This document shows positions 49,104 to 59,788 of a stretch of DNA of 64,000 bases, one piece after another. Origin of the DNA: Candidatus Parcubacteria bacterium (GTDB taxonomy: Bacteria; Patescibacteriota; Minisyncoccia; UBA6257; 2-01-FULL-56-20); assembly GCA_027355945.1 (NCBI GenBank), contig DAIEHA010000001.1, positions 3,390 to 67,389 on the forward strand, read 5' to 3'. The translations under genes were made by a program, and so were the position numbers. The notes beneath the pieces are model-generated. The model saw only the letters and a list, made by a program, of their open reading frames with translations, was not told the origin of the DNA and did not search any database. Positions within the stretch are counted from its first letter, which is position 1, and the number at the start of each line of letters is the position of its first letter.

Positions 49104-50474
49104 CTACAGCGCGGGGAGTTCCTCGTAGCGCTTTTCGATCGTTCTGAATGTGGCGCGTTCGCCATCGAAGAAGAAATCCAGGTCCTTCAAGGGTCCGTTG
49201 CGGTGCTTCGCGACGCGGAGGTGCACGATATTGTCCGCTGTCGTTGCGGTATCGTTCGGATTGCGCTCGTCGCGGTAGATGAACATGACGACGTCGGCGT
49301 CCTGTTCGATGGACCCCGAATCGCGGAGGTCTGAGAGGCGAGGCACCTTATGATCGCGCTGTTCGAGTCCGCGGGAGAGCTGGGAGAGCGCGAGTACCGG
49401 CACTTTGAGCTCGCGGGCGAGCGCTTTGAGCCCCCGGGAGATCTCCGTGATCATGTTCACCATGTTGTCGCTCGAGATGCGCGGTTTGATGAGCTGGAGA
49501 TAATCCACCACAAGAAGGTCGAGTCCATGCTCCACCTGGAGGCGCCGCGCCATGGAGCGCATCTGGAGCACCGTGAGAGAGGGGCTGTCATCGATGTAGA
49601 TCGTGGATTCGGCGAGGCGATCGAGGGCGCTTTGGATCATGGCGAACTCCTGGTCGTTCGAGATGCGTCCTGTGAGGATGTTCCAAAGGGGGACCTGCGA
49701 CTCCGCGGCGATGATGCGGTCCTGGAGCTGCTCCCGTGACATTTCAAGGGAGAAGATGCCGACCGTATGGCCGGCCTTCGCGGCGTTGCGGGCGATATCG
49801 AGGGCAAGGGAGGTCTTACCGACGGAAGGGCGGGCGCCGAGGATGACGAGCTCCGATTGCTGGAGGCCCGAGAGCGTCTGATCGAGCTCCGGGAATCCCG
49901 TGGGAACGCCGCGGAGCTTGCCGCCGCCCTCATGGAGCTTTGCGATACGTTCGATGGCGGTCCCGAGATCGTCCTTGAGCGCCACGAAATTCTGGGGGAG
50001 CGATTTCTGCGATATGGAAAGTATCTTCTGCTCGACCTCGTCGAGTAGGTCTTCGACGTCGCCACCCTTCACGCGGAACACCTCTTCTGCGATCTCGGCG
50101 GATGCCCTCACAAGGTCGCGCATCACCTTCTTCTGTTTCACGATCTGCGCATAGTGCTGGACGTGGGACGCGGAGGAGACGCGGTTTGTGAGTTCCGCGA
50201 GATAGGTGGACCCTCCGACCTCCGCGAGCGCATCGCGCTCCTTCAAATAGGTGGTGAGGGAGAGCACATCGATGGGCTGTCGCTTTTCATAGAGTCCGAG
50301 GACGGCTTTATAGATCCTCTCGTGCTGGGGCGAATAGAAGTCTTCGGGCAGGAGCATGTCTGACACGCGGAAGATCGCGTTCTTGTCGATGAGCAATGCG
50401 CCGAGCACGGTGGCCTCCGCCTCGATGTTCTGGGGCGGAAGTTTTGCGATGGATTGTTTCGGAAGCGATGGCAT
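49104..50474 (-). CDS. dnaB: Replicative DNA helicase
   Basis: LPPQNIEAE..VLG, GARPSVGKT, FSLEMS, VDYLQL, LSQLSR, LRDSGSIEQDAD, KHRNGP. Confidence 0.97.
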   Translation of the reverse strand: MPSLPKQSIAKLPPQNIEAEATVLGALLIDKNAIFRVSDMLLPEDFYSPQHERIYKAVLGLYEKRQPIDVLSLTTYLKERDALAEVGGSTYLAELTNRVSSASHVQHYAQIVKQKKVMRDLVRASAEIAEEVFRVKGGDVEDLLDEVEQKILSISQKSLPQNFVALKDDLGTAIERIAKLHEGGGKLRGVPTGFPELDQTLSGLQQSELVILGARPSVGKTSLALDIARNAAKAGHTVGIFSLEMSREQLQDRIIAAESQVPLWNILTGRISNDQEFAMIQSALDRLAESTIYIDDSPSLTVLQMRSMARRLQVEHGLDLLVVDYLQLIKPRISSDNMVNMITEISRGLKALARELKVPVLALSQLSRGLEQRDHKVPRLSDLRDSGSIEQDADVVMFIYRDERNPNDTATTADNIVHLRVAKHRNGPLKDLDFFFDGERATFRTIEKRYEELPAL

Positions 50475-50528
50475 GATGTGTGGTGATATATTCTTCGTTT
50501 CTCGGCGCACGAGAGGGGGGCGTCCGGT

Positions 50529-51896
50529 TCAAAAGAACCTCTTCACGAGTACCGAGCCAGCCTCGGCATCCCGTATCTCATATCCTAGTCCTTCCAGCTC
50601 CTTTCTCAAGGCGTCGGACTGGATAAACTGTTTATTATCCCGGCATACCTTATATTCCTCGAATTTGGCGAGCACTTCTGCGGGTATTTCACGCGCAAGA
50701 GCGGTGGCGGACTCGATGGCGAAACCGAAAAGCCGGTCAAAAAAGCGGAAAAGCGCCAATCGCGCTCCCGGTGCAAGCGCATCTCCCTTCGTCGCCTCCA
50801 TGAAAAGGGAGAGGGCTTTCGGAGTGTTCAGATCGTCATCGAGCGCTTCGTCGATGCGCGCCATCCATCCCGGGTCCACGGTTCCGGGTTCTGTGTCGCG
50901 GATCTCGAGGAAGCGCGCGGAGATCGTTTCGAGTTCCTTTTTCGCCTGGGCGATGACGCGTTCCGAAAGATCGAATGGCGCGCGATAGTGATGTGAGAAC
51001 GCCATCCAGCGGAGGAGCGCCGCCGCACGGGGGCCTTCCTTCGCGAGAAAATCACGGATCGTGACGAAGTTGCCGGCACTCTTCGCCATCTTCCTCCCTT
51101 CGACGGTGAGCGCGCCCGCATGCATCCAGATCCGCACGAACGGTTTCATACCCGATGCGGATTCCTGCTGAGCAAGCTCCGCTTCATGGTGGGGGAATTT
51201 GAGATCGAGCCCCCCGCCATGGATCTCGTATTGCGGTCCGAAATAGTATTCACTGATCGCGGTGTCCTCGATATGCCATCCGGGCCGTCCTGCACCGAGG
51301 GAGGAGGGCCATGACGGTTCAGCATCGTTCCCTTCCGTGCGGAATTTCCAGAGGCAGAAATCCCCTTTGTTGCGTTTGTCCCGCGATTCGTCGATCCGCG
51401 ATACACCGTCCTCCGCCTGCGCCGCGGTGCGTCCGGAGAGCTTGCCATATTCAGGGTCTTTTGCGATATCGAAATACCAGCCATCGCCGGGGATCTCGTA
51501 CGCGAACCCTTTATCAATGAGGCGCTCCACCTGGGCGACGATCTGGGAGATGAACGCGGTCGCGGGCGCGTAGGTCGTCACTGCGTCGACGCCGAGCGCG
51601 CGCATGTCGTCGAGATACGCCTCCGTGAAGGTCGCCGCCACCTCTGCCGCAGACCGATGTTCGGCCGCCGCCTTTGCGATGATCTTATCGTCGACATCGG
51701 TGATGTTCTGGAGGTAGTGCACCTCGTACCCGCGGGCGCGGAGAAGCTTTGCGAAGAGATCGAAGAATACGTACGTGCGCGCATTGCCGAGATGAAGGTA
51801 GTCGTATACCGTGGGCCCGCATACGAAGAGGCGCAGGATGGGCTGGTCGGGTAGCGGCTCTTCCCGGCGGGAAAGGCTGTTATAAAGCGCGAGCAT
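50529..51896 (-). CDS. cysS: Cysteine--tRNA ligase
   Basis: CGPTVYD..HLGNAR, NITDVDDKII, DFCLWK, GRPGWHIE, HGGG.DL.FPHHE, KMAKS.GN, DDLNTP. Confidence 0.96.
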   Translation of the reverse strand: MLALYNSLSRREEPLPDQPILRLFVCGPTVYDYLHLGNARTYVFFDLFAKLLRARGYEVHYLQNITDVDDKIIAKAAAEHRSAAEVAATFTEAYLDDMRALGVDAVTTYAPATAFISQIVAQVERLIDKGFAYEIPGDGWYFDIAKDPEYGKLSGRTAAQAEDGVSRIDESRDKRNKGDFCLWKFRTEGNDAEPSWPSSLGAGRPGWHIEDTAISEYYFGPQYEIHGGGLDLKFPHHEAELAQQESASGMKPFVRIWMHAGALTVEGRKMAKSAGNFVTIRDFLAKEGPRAAALLRWMAFSHHYRAPFDLSERVIAQAKKELETISARFLEIRDTEPGTVDPGWMARIDEALDDDLNTPKALSLFMEATKGDALAPGARLALFRFFDRLFGFAIESATALAREIPAEVLAKFEEYKVCRDNKQFIQSDALRKELEGLGYEIRDAEAGSVLVKRFF

Positions 51897-51941
51897 AAGG
51901 ACATTATACCCTCCACACCGTAAATCCCAAGCCGGCCCGCG

Positions 51942-52823
51942 TCAGAACCACCCTTTCCTTTTGAAATAGGTTGCAAGCGCGAGGATCCCCGCCACCATCG
52001 TGCCGGTGATGATCCAGAAACCGCCGGGAAGGTTGATGAGCGGCGTGTCCCTGGTGTTCATGCTGAAGATGGCGATGAAGAGCATGAACGGGAACGTGAG
52101 GAAGGACAGTGCGGTGAACGTTCTCATGACGGTGTTGATCTTGAGGTTCATGAGCTGGTTGTTCGTATCCTCGAAGTCGCGGATCGCCTCGCGATAGTCG
52201 TCGATCTGATTCACCACCTTAAGTTGATCGCCCATGAGGTCGTTCAGATAGACCTCAGCGCTCGGGCCCCACAGCTTCTTGCCTTTTACCACAAGGGAAC
52301 GGAGGATGGGTTCCTGCGAACGTACGATGATGCGGTATTCCGAGATGTCCCGTTTGAGATAGGTTATCTGCTGGAGCACCTCGCGCTCCTTGTCTTTGAA
52401 TATCTCACGGCCTACCGCCTCCACCTTCTCCCGGATATGGCGGAGCTGTCGTTCCTGGAAGAGGACGAGATTGCCGATGAGGCGGTACATGAGCGTGAGC
52501 GACGCGTCGTAGTTCGTGATGTCGAAGCCGTCCATGGCGTCATGGATGGATTCGTAATGCACGGTCACGACGGAGTCCTTGGTCACGATGAAATCGATCT
52601 CGGTGCGGACCGAAGCCTCATCATCCTTGTCGTAGAGCGGAAAATAATAGATGAAGAAGATGTAATCCTTGTATGTCTCGGCCCGCGCCCGCGCCGAAGG
52701 CTCTTTCAATTCCTCGAGGATCACGGGATGGATGCCGAACTCCGATCCGAGCCACGCAATATCCTTTTCGGTCGGACGTTTGATGTCGATCCAGCGGACC
52801 CCTTTGCCCTCCTTTATCTCCAT
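51942..52823 (-). CDS. corA: CorA family divalent cation transporter
   Basis: WIDI..PT, HP..LE, N.VMRTFT, FSMN (GMN-loop variant), two C-terminal TM helices. Confidence 0.85.
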   Translation of the reverse strand: MEIKEGKGVRWIDIKRPTEKDIAWLGSEFGIHPVILEELKEPSARARAETYKDYIFFIYYFPLYDKDDEASVRTEIDFIVTKDSVVTVHYESIHDAMDGFDITNYDASLTLMYRLIGNLVLFQERQLRHIREKVEAVGREIFKDKEREVLQQITYLKRDISEYRIIVRSQEPILRSLVVKGKKLWGPSAEVYLNDLMGDQLKVVNQIDDYREAIRDFEDTNNQLMNLKINTVMRTFTALSFLTFPFMLFIAIFSMNTRDTPLINLPGGFWIITGTMVAGILALATYFKRKGWF

Positions 52824-52947
52824 GGGTTCATTGTAGCATAATCATCATGGAGAAACGGGACGTAGGGGAGTAGGGAGCTTTGCAATTTCAAGTATACGTG
52901 GTATGGTATTTCATAGTAATTCTCCTGAGGGAAGGAAAAGAGGGGTT

Positions 52948-53424
52948 ATGACGATGTGCTGTGTCGAAACAGGAAAAGGGTGCACCCATGCGTGCGCTCT
53001 TCGCGCCGCCCACAACAAGAACGGCATCGAAACACCCGTAGTATTCAGGTTGTTGGATCCCCGCCCGATGCATCATCCCCAGTATGCCGCGGGAGTGCAT
53101 GATGGATATTTCAAAAACGTGGACTCAGGGAAGCTTGAGTGCAAAGCGTACCTGGAGGGTACGATGGCCGGCATGGAATTCTGGGATCGCATGATGTCCC
53201 TCTCGGAATCGGAGCGTAAGGCGCTCGTCATCGGCGTCCGTCGCATGCCCCGCCATGCATGGGAGCTCCTGCGCGGACCGCAGCCGAAGATGGAGAGCTT
53301 GTCCCTTGCGAGGTCCTATGCCGCAGGAATGAGGGCATGGGATTCCGAGGTCATTGCTCGGATCCTCGGCGATGCGGATTTCGTGGTACGGCTTGGCGCG
53401 GTCGCCATCCCCGCGCGCCATTGA
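52948..53424 (+). CDS. Hypothetical protein, Cys/His-rich N-terminus
   Basis: MTMCCVETGKGCTHAC...H; GAGGGG SD-like site; terminator at 53479-53510. Confidence 0.55.
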   Translation: MTMCCVETGKGCTHACALRAAHNKNGIETPVVFRLLDPRPMHHPQYAAGVHDGYFKNVDSGKLECKAYLEGTMAGMEFWDRMMSLSESERKALVIGVRRMPRHAWELLRGPQPKMESLSLARSYAAGMRAWDSEVIARILGDADFVVRLGAVAIPARH

Positions 53425-53478
53425 TCGTCCCTCGAATGATGCGGTACTCGGGGTCGAGTACGATATAGTTTCCCGATC

Positions 53479-53510
53479 GCGGCCAAGAACCCCACTTGGC
53501 CGCATTTTTT
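53479..53510 (+). terminator. Intrinsic terminator
   Basis: GCGGCCAAG-aacccca-CTTGGCCGC-ATTTTTT. Confidence 0.7.
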
Positions 53511-53538
53511 ATGCCTCCGTCCCGAAGCGCCGGCATGC

Positions 53539-53577
53539 TTGGCAGTCGCTTGACTAGACTGCCAACGTACGTATAAT
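53539..53577 (+). promoter_or_regulatory. Variant CIRCE operator overlapping the hrcA promoter
   Basis: TTGGCAGTC-N9-GACTGCCAA (53539-53565); TTGACT -35 inside the spacer; TATAAT at 53572-53577. Confidence 0.88.
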
Positions 53578-53582
53578 GAAAC

Positions 53583-54290
53583 ATGATGACGGGACGGACC
53601 GAACAGATCCTCGAAGCGGCGATCCAGGAGTTCATTGCGGCAGGAGAGCCGGTGAGCTCCGGATTGTTGTACCGGAAATACGAGTTCGGCATCAAGCCGG
53701 CGATGATACGCCTCGAGCTCGATGCGCTCGAGGACCAGGGATACCTTGAGCAGCCGCACCATTCCGCGGGCCGCGTGCCCACGGATGCCGGCTATGAGTT
53801 CTTCGCCGCGAAGCTCCTTGAGAGCGCCGCGCGAAGCGCGCGGGAACGCGCACGGGCGAGCGCCGCGCGCGCGGCATCCCTTCGCGAGCTTCTTGAGGAG
53901 CGCGCATGGTCCGATCTCATGGACGGACTTTCCGCGGAGCTGGGGCTTTTGAGCGTCATTGCCGACAATGCGCGCGAAGAGGTGTACAAAGCGGGACTTG
54001 AGGCGCTCGTGGACCGCCTCGATTGGCAGGACCGGGAGGGTATCCGTTCGGTGATACGGGATTTCGAAGAGGTGGATGCGCGCGTGCCGGCCGCGGCGCC
54101 GAATATCGGCGGAGGGTCGCATGTGTATATCGGACGCAAGAGCCCGATCACCCGGAGCGAGGAACTTTCGGTCGTGGGTGGGAATTATGATGCGGGCGAC
54201 GGGGTGATGGTCTCCATTTTTGCGATCGGGCCGAAGAGGATGGATTATGAAAAGGTCATACGCACACTGAAGGAACTTAACAATCTCTGA
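53583..54290 (+). CDS. hrcA: Heat-inducible transcription repressor (short form)
   Basis: IL.A.I..FI..GEPVSS, A.IR.EL..LE..GYL.QPH.SAGRVPT..GY, IGPKRMDY. Confidence 0.92.
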   Translation: MMTGRTEQILEAAIQEFIAAGEPVSSGLLYRKYEFGIKPAMIRLELDALEDQGYLEQPHHSAGRVPTDAGYEFFAAKLLESAARSARERARASAARAASLRELLEERAWSDLMDGLSAELGLLSVIADNAREEVYKAGLEALVDRLDWQDREGIRSVIRDFEEVDARVPAAAPNIGGGSHVYIGRKSPITRSEELSVVGGNYDAGDGVMVSIFAIGPKRMDYEKVIRTLKELNNL

Positions 54291-54298
54291 TAACCATT

Positions 54299-54835
54299 AT
54301 GAACACGGAGGCACCGAGGGACGAGGCAGCGATGCAGAAGGAGGACGCGGGTGCGCCTGCGGCACCGCAGGCGGGCGGGGACCTTGCGGCGAGGCTCGCC
54401 GAAGCGGAGGCGCGACGCGACGAATATCTTGCCGGATGGCAGCGGGCCAGGGCGGATTTCCTGAATTATAAGAAAGAGGAGCTCAGGCATCTTGAGGAGA
54501 TATCCCGATATGGCAATGCCGACATGATGAAAGAGCTCATCGGGATCATGGATAATTTCGATCTCGCACTCCGTACGCTCGAGAAGGAAGGTCCTGTCGA
54601 AAAGGGTATCTATATCATCCGTACGCAGATCGAGGATATCCTCAAGAAGCGCGGACTCGAAAGGGTGGCGATCGCGGTCGGCGACCCATTCGATCCGGCC
54701 ATCGCGGAAGCGCTCTCGGCCATCGAGGCGGACCAGCCGCCGGGAACGATCGTCGAGGAGATAGAGCCCGGGTATCGGTTGTATGAAAAAGTGTTGAGGC
54801 CGGCAAGGGTGATCGTATGCAAAGATCACGGCTGA
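54299..54835 (+). CDS. grpE: Nucleotide exchange factor GrpE
   Basis: RA.ADF.NYKK, DNFDLAL, G..FDP...EA, GY.L...VLRPA.V.V. Confidence 0.95.
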   Translation: MNTEAPRDEAAMQKEDAGAPAAPQAGGDLAARLAEAEARRDEYLAGWQRARADFLNYKKEELRHLEEISRYGNADMMKELIGIMDNFDLALRTLEKEGPVEKGIYIIRTQIEDILKKRGLERVAIAVGDPFDPAIAEALSAIEADQPPGTIVEEIEPGYRLYEKVLRPARVIVCKDHG

Positions 54836-54910
54836 GCGAGGGGAATCCCGTGGTCGCCGAGGAGGGAATATGAATAAAGGGACATCCAAACCAAAAACAA
54901 TAAAAAAACC

Positions 54911-56854
54911 ATGGCAAAAATAATCGGAATCGATCTTGGAACAACGAACTCCGCGGTTGCCGTCATGAAGAACGGTGAACTGCAGATTCTCGAGAATAGC
55001 GAGGGCAACCGCACGACGCCATCCATCGTCGCGCTTTCGAAGAGCGGCGAGCGGCTCGTCGGCCTTCTTGCAAAGCGGCAGTCGGTGACGAACCCGAAGA
55101 ACACCATCTTCTCCGTGAAACGGCTCATCGGCCGCAAGTGGAGCGATCCGGAGGTGCAGCGCGACAAAGCGTGGTTTCCCTATGACGTGCAAGAGGGTCC
55201 GAATGGAAGCGTGCAGGTGAAGATGGGCGATAAATGGTATTCGCCGGAGGAGGTCTCCGCGATGATACTTGCGAAGCTGAAGGCTGATGCAGAGGCGCGC
55301 CTCGGAGAGAAGGTGGACGAGGCCGTGATCACGGTCCCGGCGTATTTCGACGATTCGCAGCGGCAGGCGACCAAGAACGCCGGCGAGATCGCGGGTCTCA
55401 AGGTGGACCGCATCATCAATGAGCCTACCGCGGCCGCATTCGCGTACGGATTGAACACCGCGAAGAACCAGAAGATCGTCGTTTACGATTTCGGCGGCGG
55501 CACGTTCGACGTGTCGGTGCTCGAGATGGGCTACGATCCGGAGACGAAGGAACAGACGGTCGAGGTCCGCGCGACGGGTGGCGATACGCATCTCGGCGGC
55601 GACGATTTCGACAAGAAGATCCAGGAGTATCTCGTGGATGAATACAGGAAGCAGGAAGGGATCGATATCTCGAAGGACCCGCTCGCGCTCCAGCGGTTGA
55701 AGGAGGCGGCGGAGCGTGCGAAGCATGAGCTTTCGACCGCCATGGAAACGGAGATCAATCTTCCGTATATCACATCCGACGCGCAGGGGCCCAAACACTT
55801 CCAGATGAAGATGACGCGGGCGAAGCTCGAGTCGCTTGTGCAGGATTATCTCGATCTTTCCGTGAGGCTCACCCAGGAGACGGTGACCGAGCCCGCACCG
55901 AAGGGCGCGGGATTCAAGCTCTCCCAGATCGACGAGGTGATCCTCGTCGGCGGTCAGACGCGCATGCCGGCGATGCAGGCCGCGGTTGCGAAACTCTTCG
56001 GCAAGGAGCCTCACAAAGGCATCAATCCCGATGAGGTGGTGGCCCTCGGCGCCGGTATCCAAGGGGAGATCCTCGCAGCGAAGGCTGAGGGGCGCAAGAC
56101 GGAGGGCGAGGTGAAGGACATCCTCCTTCTCGACGTCACTCCGCTCTCGCTGTCGATCGAAACGCTCGGCGGCGTGGCGACGCCCATGATCCCGAAGAAC
56201 ACGACCGTGCCGACCGCGAAGACGCAGGTCTTCTCAACGGCCGCCGATAATCAGACGTCGGTCGAGGTGCATGTGCTCCAGGGCGAACGCCCCATGGCGG
56301 GGGATAACAAAACGCTCGCGCATTTCATCCTTGACGGTATCCCGCCCTCTCCTCGCGGCATCCCGCAGGTCGAAGTGACCTTCGATATCGATGCGAACGG
56401 CATTCTGAACGTATCCGCAAAGGACAAGGCGAGCGGCAAGACGCAGTCCGTGAAGATCGAGGCATCCACGAATCTTTCGAAGGACGAGGTGGAGCGCCTC
56501 AAGAAGGAGGCTGCGGAGCATGCGGCGGAGGATGAGAAGAAGAAGGAGCTCATCGAAGCGCGCAATCAGGCGGAGTCGCTCGTCTATCTTGCCGAGAAGT
56601 CGCTCCGCGATGCGGGCGACAAGGTTACGGAGGATATCAAGACTGGCATCACGGAAAAGATCGATGCACTCAAGAAGGTGAAGGACGGGGAGGACAAGGC
56701 GGCCATCGAGGCGGCGACCGCGGCGCTTTCGGAGGAGGTTCAAAAAATAGGTCAGGCAGCGTATAATACACAAAATGGACCTGAGGGAAGTGATCACGGG
56801 CAGCCGACCGACGGCAATAACGGCGGCGGAACACCTGATCAATCCGGAAACTGA
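54911..56854 (+). CDS. dnaK: Molecular chaperone DnaK
   Basis: [51 protein letters not shown]. Confidence 0.98.
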   Translation: MAKIIGIDLGTTNSAVAVMKNGELQILENSEGNRTTPSIVALSKSGERLVGLLAKRQSVTNPKNTIFSVKRLIGRKWSDPEVQRDKAWFPYDVQEGPNGSVQVKMGDKWYSPEEVSAMILAKLKADAEARLGEKVDEAVITVPAYFDDSQRQATKNAGEIAGLKVDRIINEPTAAAFAYGLNTAKNQKIVVYDFGGGTFDVSVLEMGYDPETKEQTVEVRATGGDTHLGGDDFDKKIQEYLVDEYRKQEGIDISKDPLALQRLKEAAERAKHELSTAMETEINLPYITSDAQGPKHFQMKMTRAKLESLVQDYLDLSVRLTQETVTEPAPKGAGFKLSQIDEVILVGGQTRMPAMQAAVAKLFGKEPHKGINPDEVVALGAGIQGEILAAKAEGRKTEGEVKDILLLDVTPLSLSIETLGGVATPMIPKNTTVPTAKTQVFSTAADNQTSVEVHVLQGERPMAGDNKTLAHFILDGIPPSPRGIPQVEVTFDIDANGILNVSAKDKASGKTQSVKIEASTNLSKDEVERLKKEAAEHAAEDEKKKELIEARNQAESLVYLAEKSLRDAGDKVTEDIKTGITEKIDALKKVKDGEDKAAIEAATAALSEEVQKIGQAAYNTQNGPEGSDHGQPTDGNNGGGTPDQSGN

Positions 56855-57818
56855 TAGCGCGAAGCGGGACGCGATCCGGCAGGCAAGGGCCAAACTGCTT
56901 TCGCTCGATGTGCTCGCCGTCCTTGCGGCGGCGGCGTTCGGTTGGACGTATTACGGGTATCTCACCAAAGGATTCCCCGTATGGACGCTCCTCATCTCGC
57001 TTGCCGTATTTTCCACGCTTTCCGTGCTCGAGGTGTTCCTTGCGGAGCGCGCGGGCCGGGCATGGGCGGTGCTCTTCTTTGAATCATTCGGCGTTGTGGG
57101 GTTCTTCTGGCGCGTCGATGCAAGGGTCCTTTCCGTGATCTGGCTTGTCGTGCTCATATTCCTCGCGTGGGGATATTTTTCGGCGCGGCGCAGGCTTGCG
57201 AACAGCATCGAGATACCGTTCTTCGGCACCGCATCCGAGGATCTCGGCAAGCTGACGACGGGACTGCTGCTTTTCATGATCCTCGTCTATGCGCCACAGG
57301 CGGGCAACAATCCGCTCCTTGTCTCCCAAAAGGGCTTCGGATCGTTCTTCGACTGGGCGTCGAACGTGGCGAACGGATTCTACCCGGAGCTTTCCTTCAA
57401 CGGCACGTTCGGAAGTTTTTCGGAAAGCGTCGCACGGATGGAGCTCGCGAACAATCCCAACTTCCAAAATCTGAATCCCGACCAGAAGACCGCGGCGATC
57501 GTGGCGCAGACGACGCAATTCGAGAGGAATTTCCTCCAGAACGCCGCAACCTCCACCACCGCCGTCGCATCATCATCGCCCACGAGCGATGCTTTCTACA
57601 GCGTGCTCCAGGGCATGGCCAATGCATGGCAGAGCGAGGCGGGCGGGTGGTTCCTCGTCGGATGGATCGCGGTGATCTTCATCGCGCTGCGCAGCGTGGG
57701 CGTCATCTTCGTATGGATAGAGGAGTTCGTGGCGCTCGTGTTCTATGAATTGCTCCTTGCGACGGGATTCATGAAGATCCATGAGGAGGAGCATGTACGC
57801 GAAGTGATAGGGTTCTGA
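56775..57818 (+). CDS. Multi-pass membrane protein of unknown function
   Basis: About six hydrophobic helices around a soluble loop; ATG 56775 lies 7 nt after TATAAT and overlaps the dnaK 3' end by 80 nt. Confidence 0.75.
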   Translation: MDLREVITGSRPTAITAAEHLINPETDSAKRDAIRQARAKLLSLDVLAVLAAAAFGWTYYGYLTKGFPVWTLLISLAVFSTLSVLEVFLAERAGRAWAVLFFESFGVVGFFWRVDARVLSVIWLVVLIFLAWGYFSARRRLANSIEIPFFGTASEDLGKLTTGLLLFMILVYAPQAGNNPLLVSQKGFGSFFDWASNVANGFYPELSFNGTFGSFSESVARMELANNPNFQNLNPDQKTAAIVAQTTQFERNFLQNAATSTTAVASSSPTSDAFYSVLQGMANAWQSEAGGWFLVGWIAVIFIALRSVGVIFVWIEEFVALVFYELLLATGFMKIHEEEHVREVIGF

Positions 57819-57843
57819 CGGACGTCATCTCATACGAAACATC

Positions 57844-58965
57844 ATGAAGGATTATTACCGGATATTGGGAGTGGCGAAGACCGCCTCCGAGGACGACATC
57901 AAAAAGGCATACCGCAAGCTTGCCCATCAATACCATCCCGACAAGGCGGGGGGCGATGAGACGAAGTTCAAAGAGATCAATGAGGCATACCAGGTGCTTT
58001 CGGACGGTGCGAAGCGGGCCCAGTATGACCGCTTCGGCACTGCGGAACCCGGGGCGGGGTTCGGAGGGTTCGGGGGCGCGCAGTGGAACGGTGCGAATGT
58101 GAACTGGGGCGGCATGGGATTCGACCCTTCGCAATTCGGGGATATGGGCGATTTCGGCGACATCTTTGAGACGATCTTCGAAGGCATGGGAGGAAGGCCG
58201 CGGAAGAAGACCTACGAGAAAGGTTCCGATCTCGAGGTGCGCGAGGAGATCACGCTCGAGGAGGCGTTCCGTGGCGTCGTAAAAACGCTCAGATTCAGGA
58301 CCTTCGCGGCGTGCGCGAAGTGCGGCGGCAAAGGGGCCGAACCGGGAAGCGGGTTCGAGAAATGCGCCATATGCGATGGTCAGGGACAGGTCCGGGAACA
58401 GCGTCGTACGTTCTTCGGGGCGTTCTCGCAGGTGCAGGTCTGCGCCAAGTGCCATGGTTCGGGAGAGGTGCCTCAGCGGCCGTGCGCGGCGTGCAAGGGC
58501 GCGGGACGCATCGAGGCGGATCGCGAGGCGAAGATCGAGATACTTCCGGGGATCGAGGATGGACAGCTCATCAAGGTGCAGGGGATGGGTGAGGCGGGCG
58601 AGCGCGGCACCGCGGCGGGGGATCTTTATGTGCGCGTGCGGGTGAAGCCCCATGCGATGTTCGTGCGACGGGGCGTGGACCTTATCGTGGCGAGGGAGCT
58701 TCCTCTCATCGATGCCATGCTTGGCAGGACGATCTCCGTTCCATCGATCTCGGGCGGCACGATCCCGGTGGAAATCCCCGCGCATTTCAATCTGAAAGAT
58801 CTCCTTCGCGTCCCGCACGAAGGCATGCCGCGGTTCGGTTCCTCGCGGATCGGCGCTCCTGCGTCGCATCGGGGGGATCTTCTCGTGAATTTCATCGTGA
58901 AGGCCCCGAAGAGGCCGGGCGCGAAAGCGAAGAAGCTTCTTGAAGAGCTCGAAAAGGAGCTGTAA
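57844..58965 (+). CDS. dnaJ: Molecular chaperone DnaJ
   Basis: KDYY.ILGV, HPD, G/F-rich region, four CxxCxGxG repeats, GDLYV. Confidence 0.97.
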   Translation: MKDYYRILGVAKTASEDDIKKAYRKLAHQYHPDKAGGDETKFKEINEAYQVLSDGAKRAQYDRFGTAEPGAGFGGFGGAQWNGANVNWGGMGFDPSQFGDMGDFGDIFETIFEGMGGRPRKKTYEKGSDLEVREEITLEEAFRGVVKTLRFRTFAACAKCGGKGAEPGSGFEKCAICDGQGQVREQRRTFFGAFSQVQVCAKCHGSGEVPQRPCAACKGAGRIEADREAKIEILPGIEDGQLIKVQGMGEAGERGTAAGDLYVRVRVKPHAMFVRRGVDLIVARELPLIDAMLGRTISVPSISGGTIPVEIPAHFNLKDLLRVPHEGMPRFGSSRIGAPASHRGDLLVNFIVKAPKRPGAKAKKLLEELEKEL

Positions 58966-59020
58966 CCCCATAGGGGTTGTCTTGAGGTTTCCTTTACCCC
59001 TCGTGCGGTATGATGCCCCC

Positions 59021-59293
59021 ATGGAAATCCAACCGGCGAGGGGAGCGGTCGTGCGGAAGGGGTTTGGCGAGTTCGGCGGCGCGGCGGCGCGCGGTACGGG
59101 AGGTCCCGTGGAGGAGTTGAGGGAGATGCTCCGTTTCTATGAAGCGCTCTTCGAGGATCTTGGCTGTGAATTGAACGCGATCGCCGAGGTTCTTATGGCG
59201 ATGGACCTCAGGATGGACCTTCTTGAAGAGGAGGTCGATGCGATGCGCCACAGCGCAGGGATGCAGCGGCTGGGAAGCGTTCCGCCTGTTTGA
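59021..59293 (+). CDS. Small coiled-coil hypothetical protein
   Basis: 90 aa; GGTATGAT 6 nt before ATG 59021. Confidence 0.55.
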   Translation: MEIQPARGAVVRKGFGEFGGAAARGTGGPVEELREMLRFYEALFEDLGCELNAIAEVLMAMDLRMDLLEEEVDAMRHSAGMQRLGSVPPV

Positions 59294-59305
59294 TACAATG
59301 ACCCT

Positions 59306-59788
59306 ATGCGAAAGAAGAATGATGCGCGCGGCGAGAGAGGGGTGACGATCTCCGAAGGCGTCCGTTCGGCGGATCCCGCGGAAGCGGCTGCGCTTTATAT
59401 CGAGCTTGGGTGGGGGACCTCGGCGCGCTATTCCTCGATGCGGATGAAAAAGGCGCTCGAGGGATGCGATGTGGTGATCTCCGCGCACAACAGCGCGGGA
59501 GAGCTGGTCGGCCTCCTTCGTGCGCTCACCGATTCCACGCTCGATACAAAAGTGCTCGATCTTGTGGTCGCGCCGGAGTATCAGCGACAGGGGATCGGGG
59601 TTCGGATGATGGATCGCCTTGCGCGGCATCCGCGGGTGCGTGGTACCACGGTCTATTTCGAGACGGAGAGGAGGAATTTCGGGTTTGCGGCGAAATGCGG
59701 ATACGCCCCGCGAAAGGGACTCACCGTCTTTAGTGCGAAGAACTCCGTCAGAAGCTCGAAGGGTGCACGTGGAAAAGGTTCCCGATGA
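59306..59788 (+). CDS. GNAT family N-acetyltransferase
   Basis: LVG..RA.TD, DLVV.PEYQRQGIG (acetyl-CoA motif A), F..KCGY. Confidence 0.88.
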   Translation: MRKKNDARGERGVTISEGVRSADPAEAAALYIELGWGTSARYSSMRMKKALEGCDVVISAHNSAGELVGLLRALTDSTLDTKVLDLVVAPEYQRQGIGVRMMDRLARHPRVRGTTVYFETERRNFGFAAKCGYAPRKGLTVFSAKNSVRSSKGARGKGSR

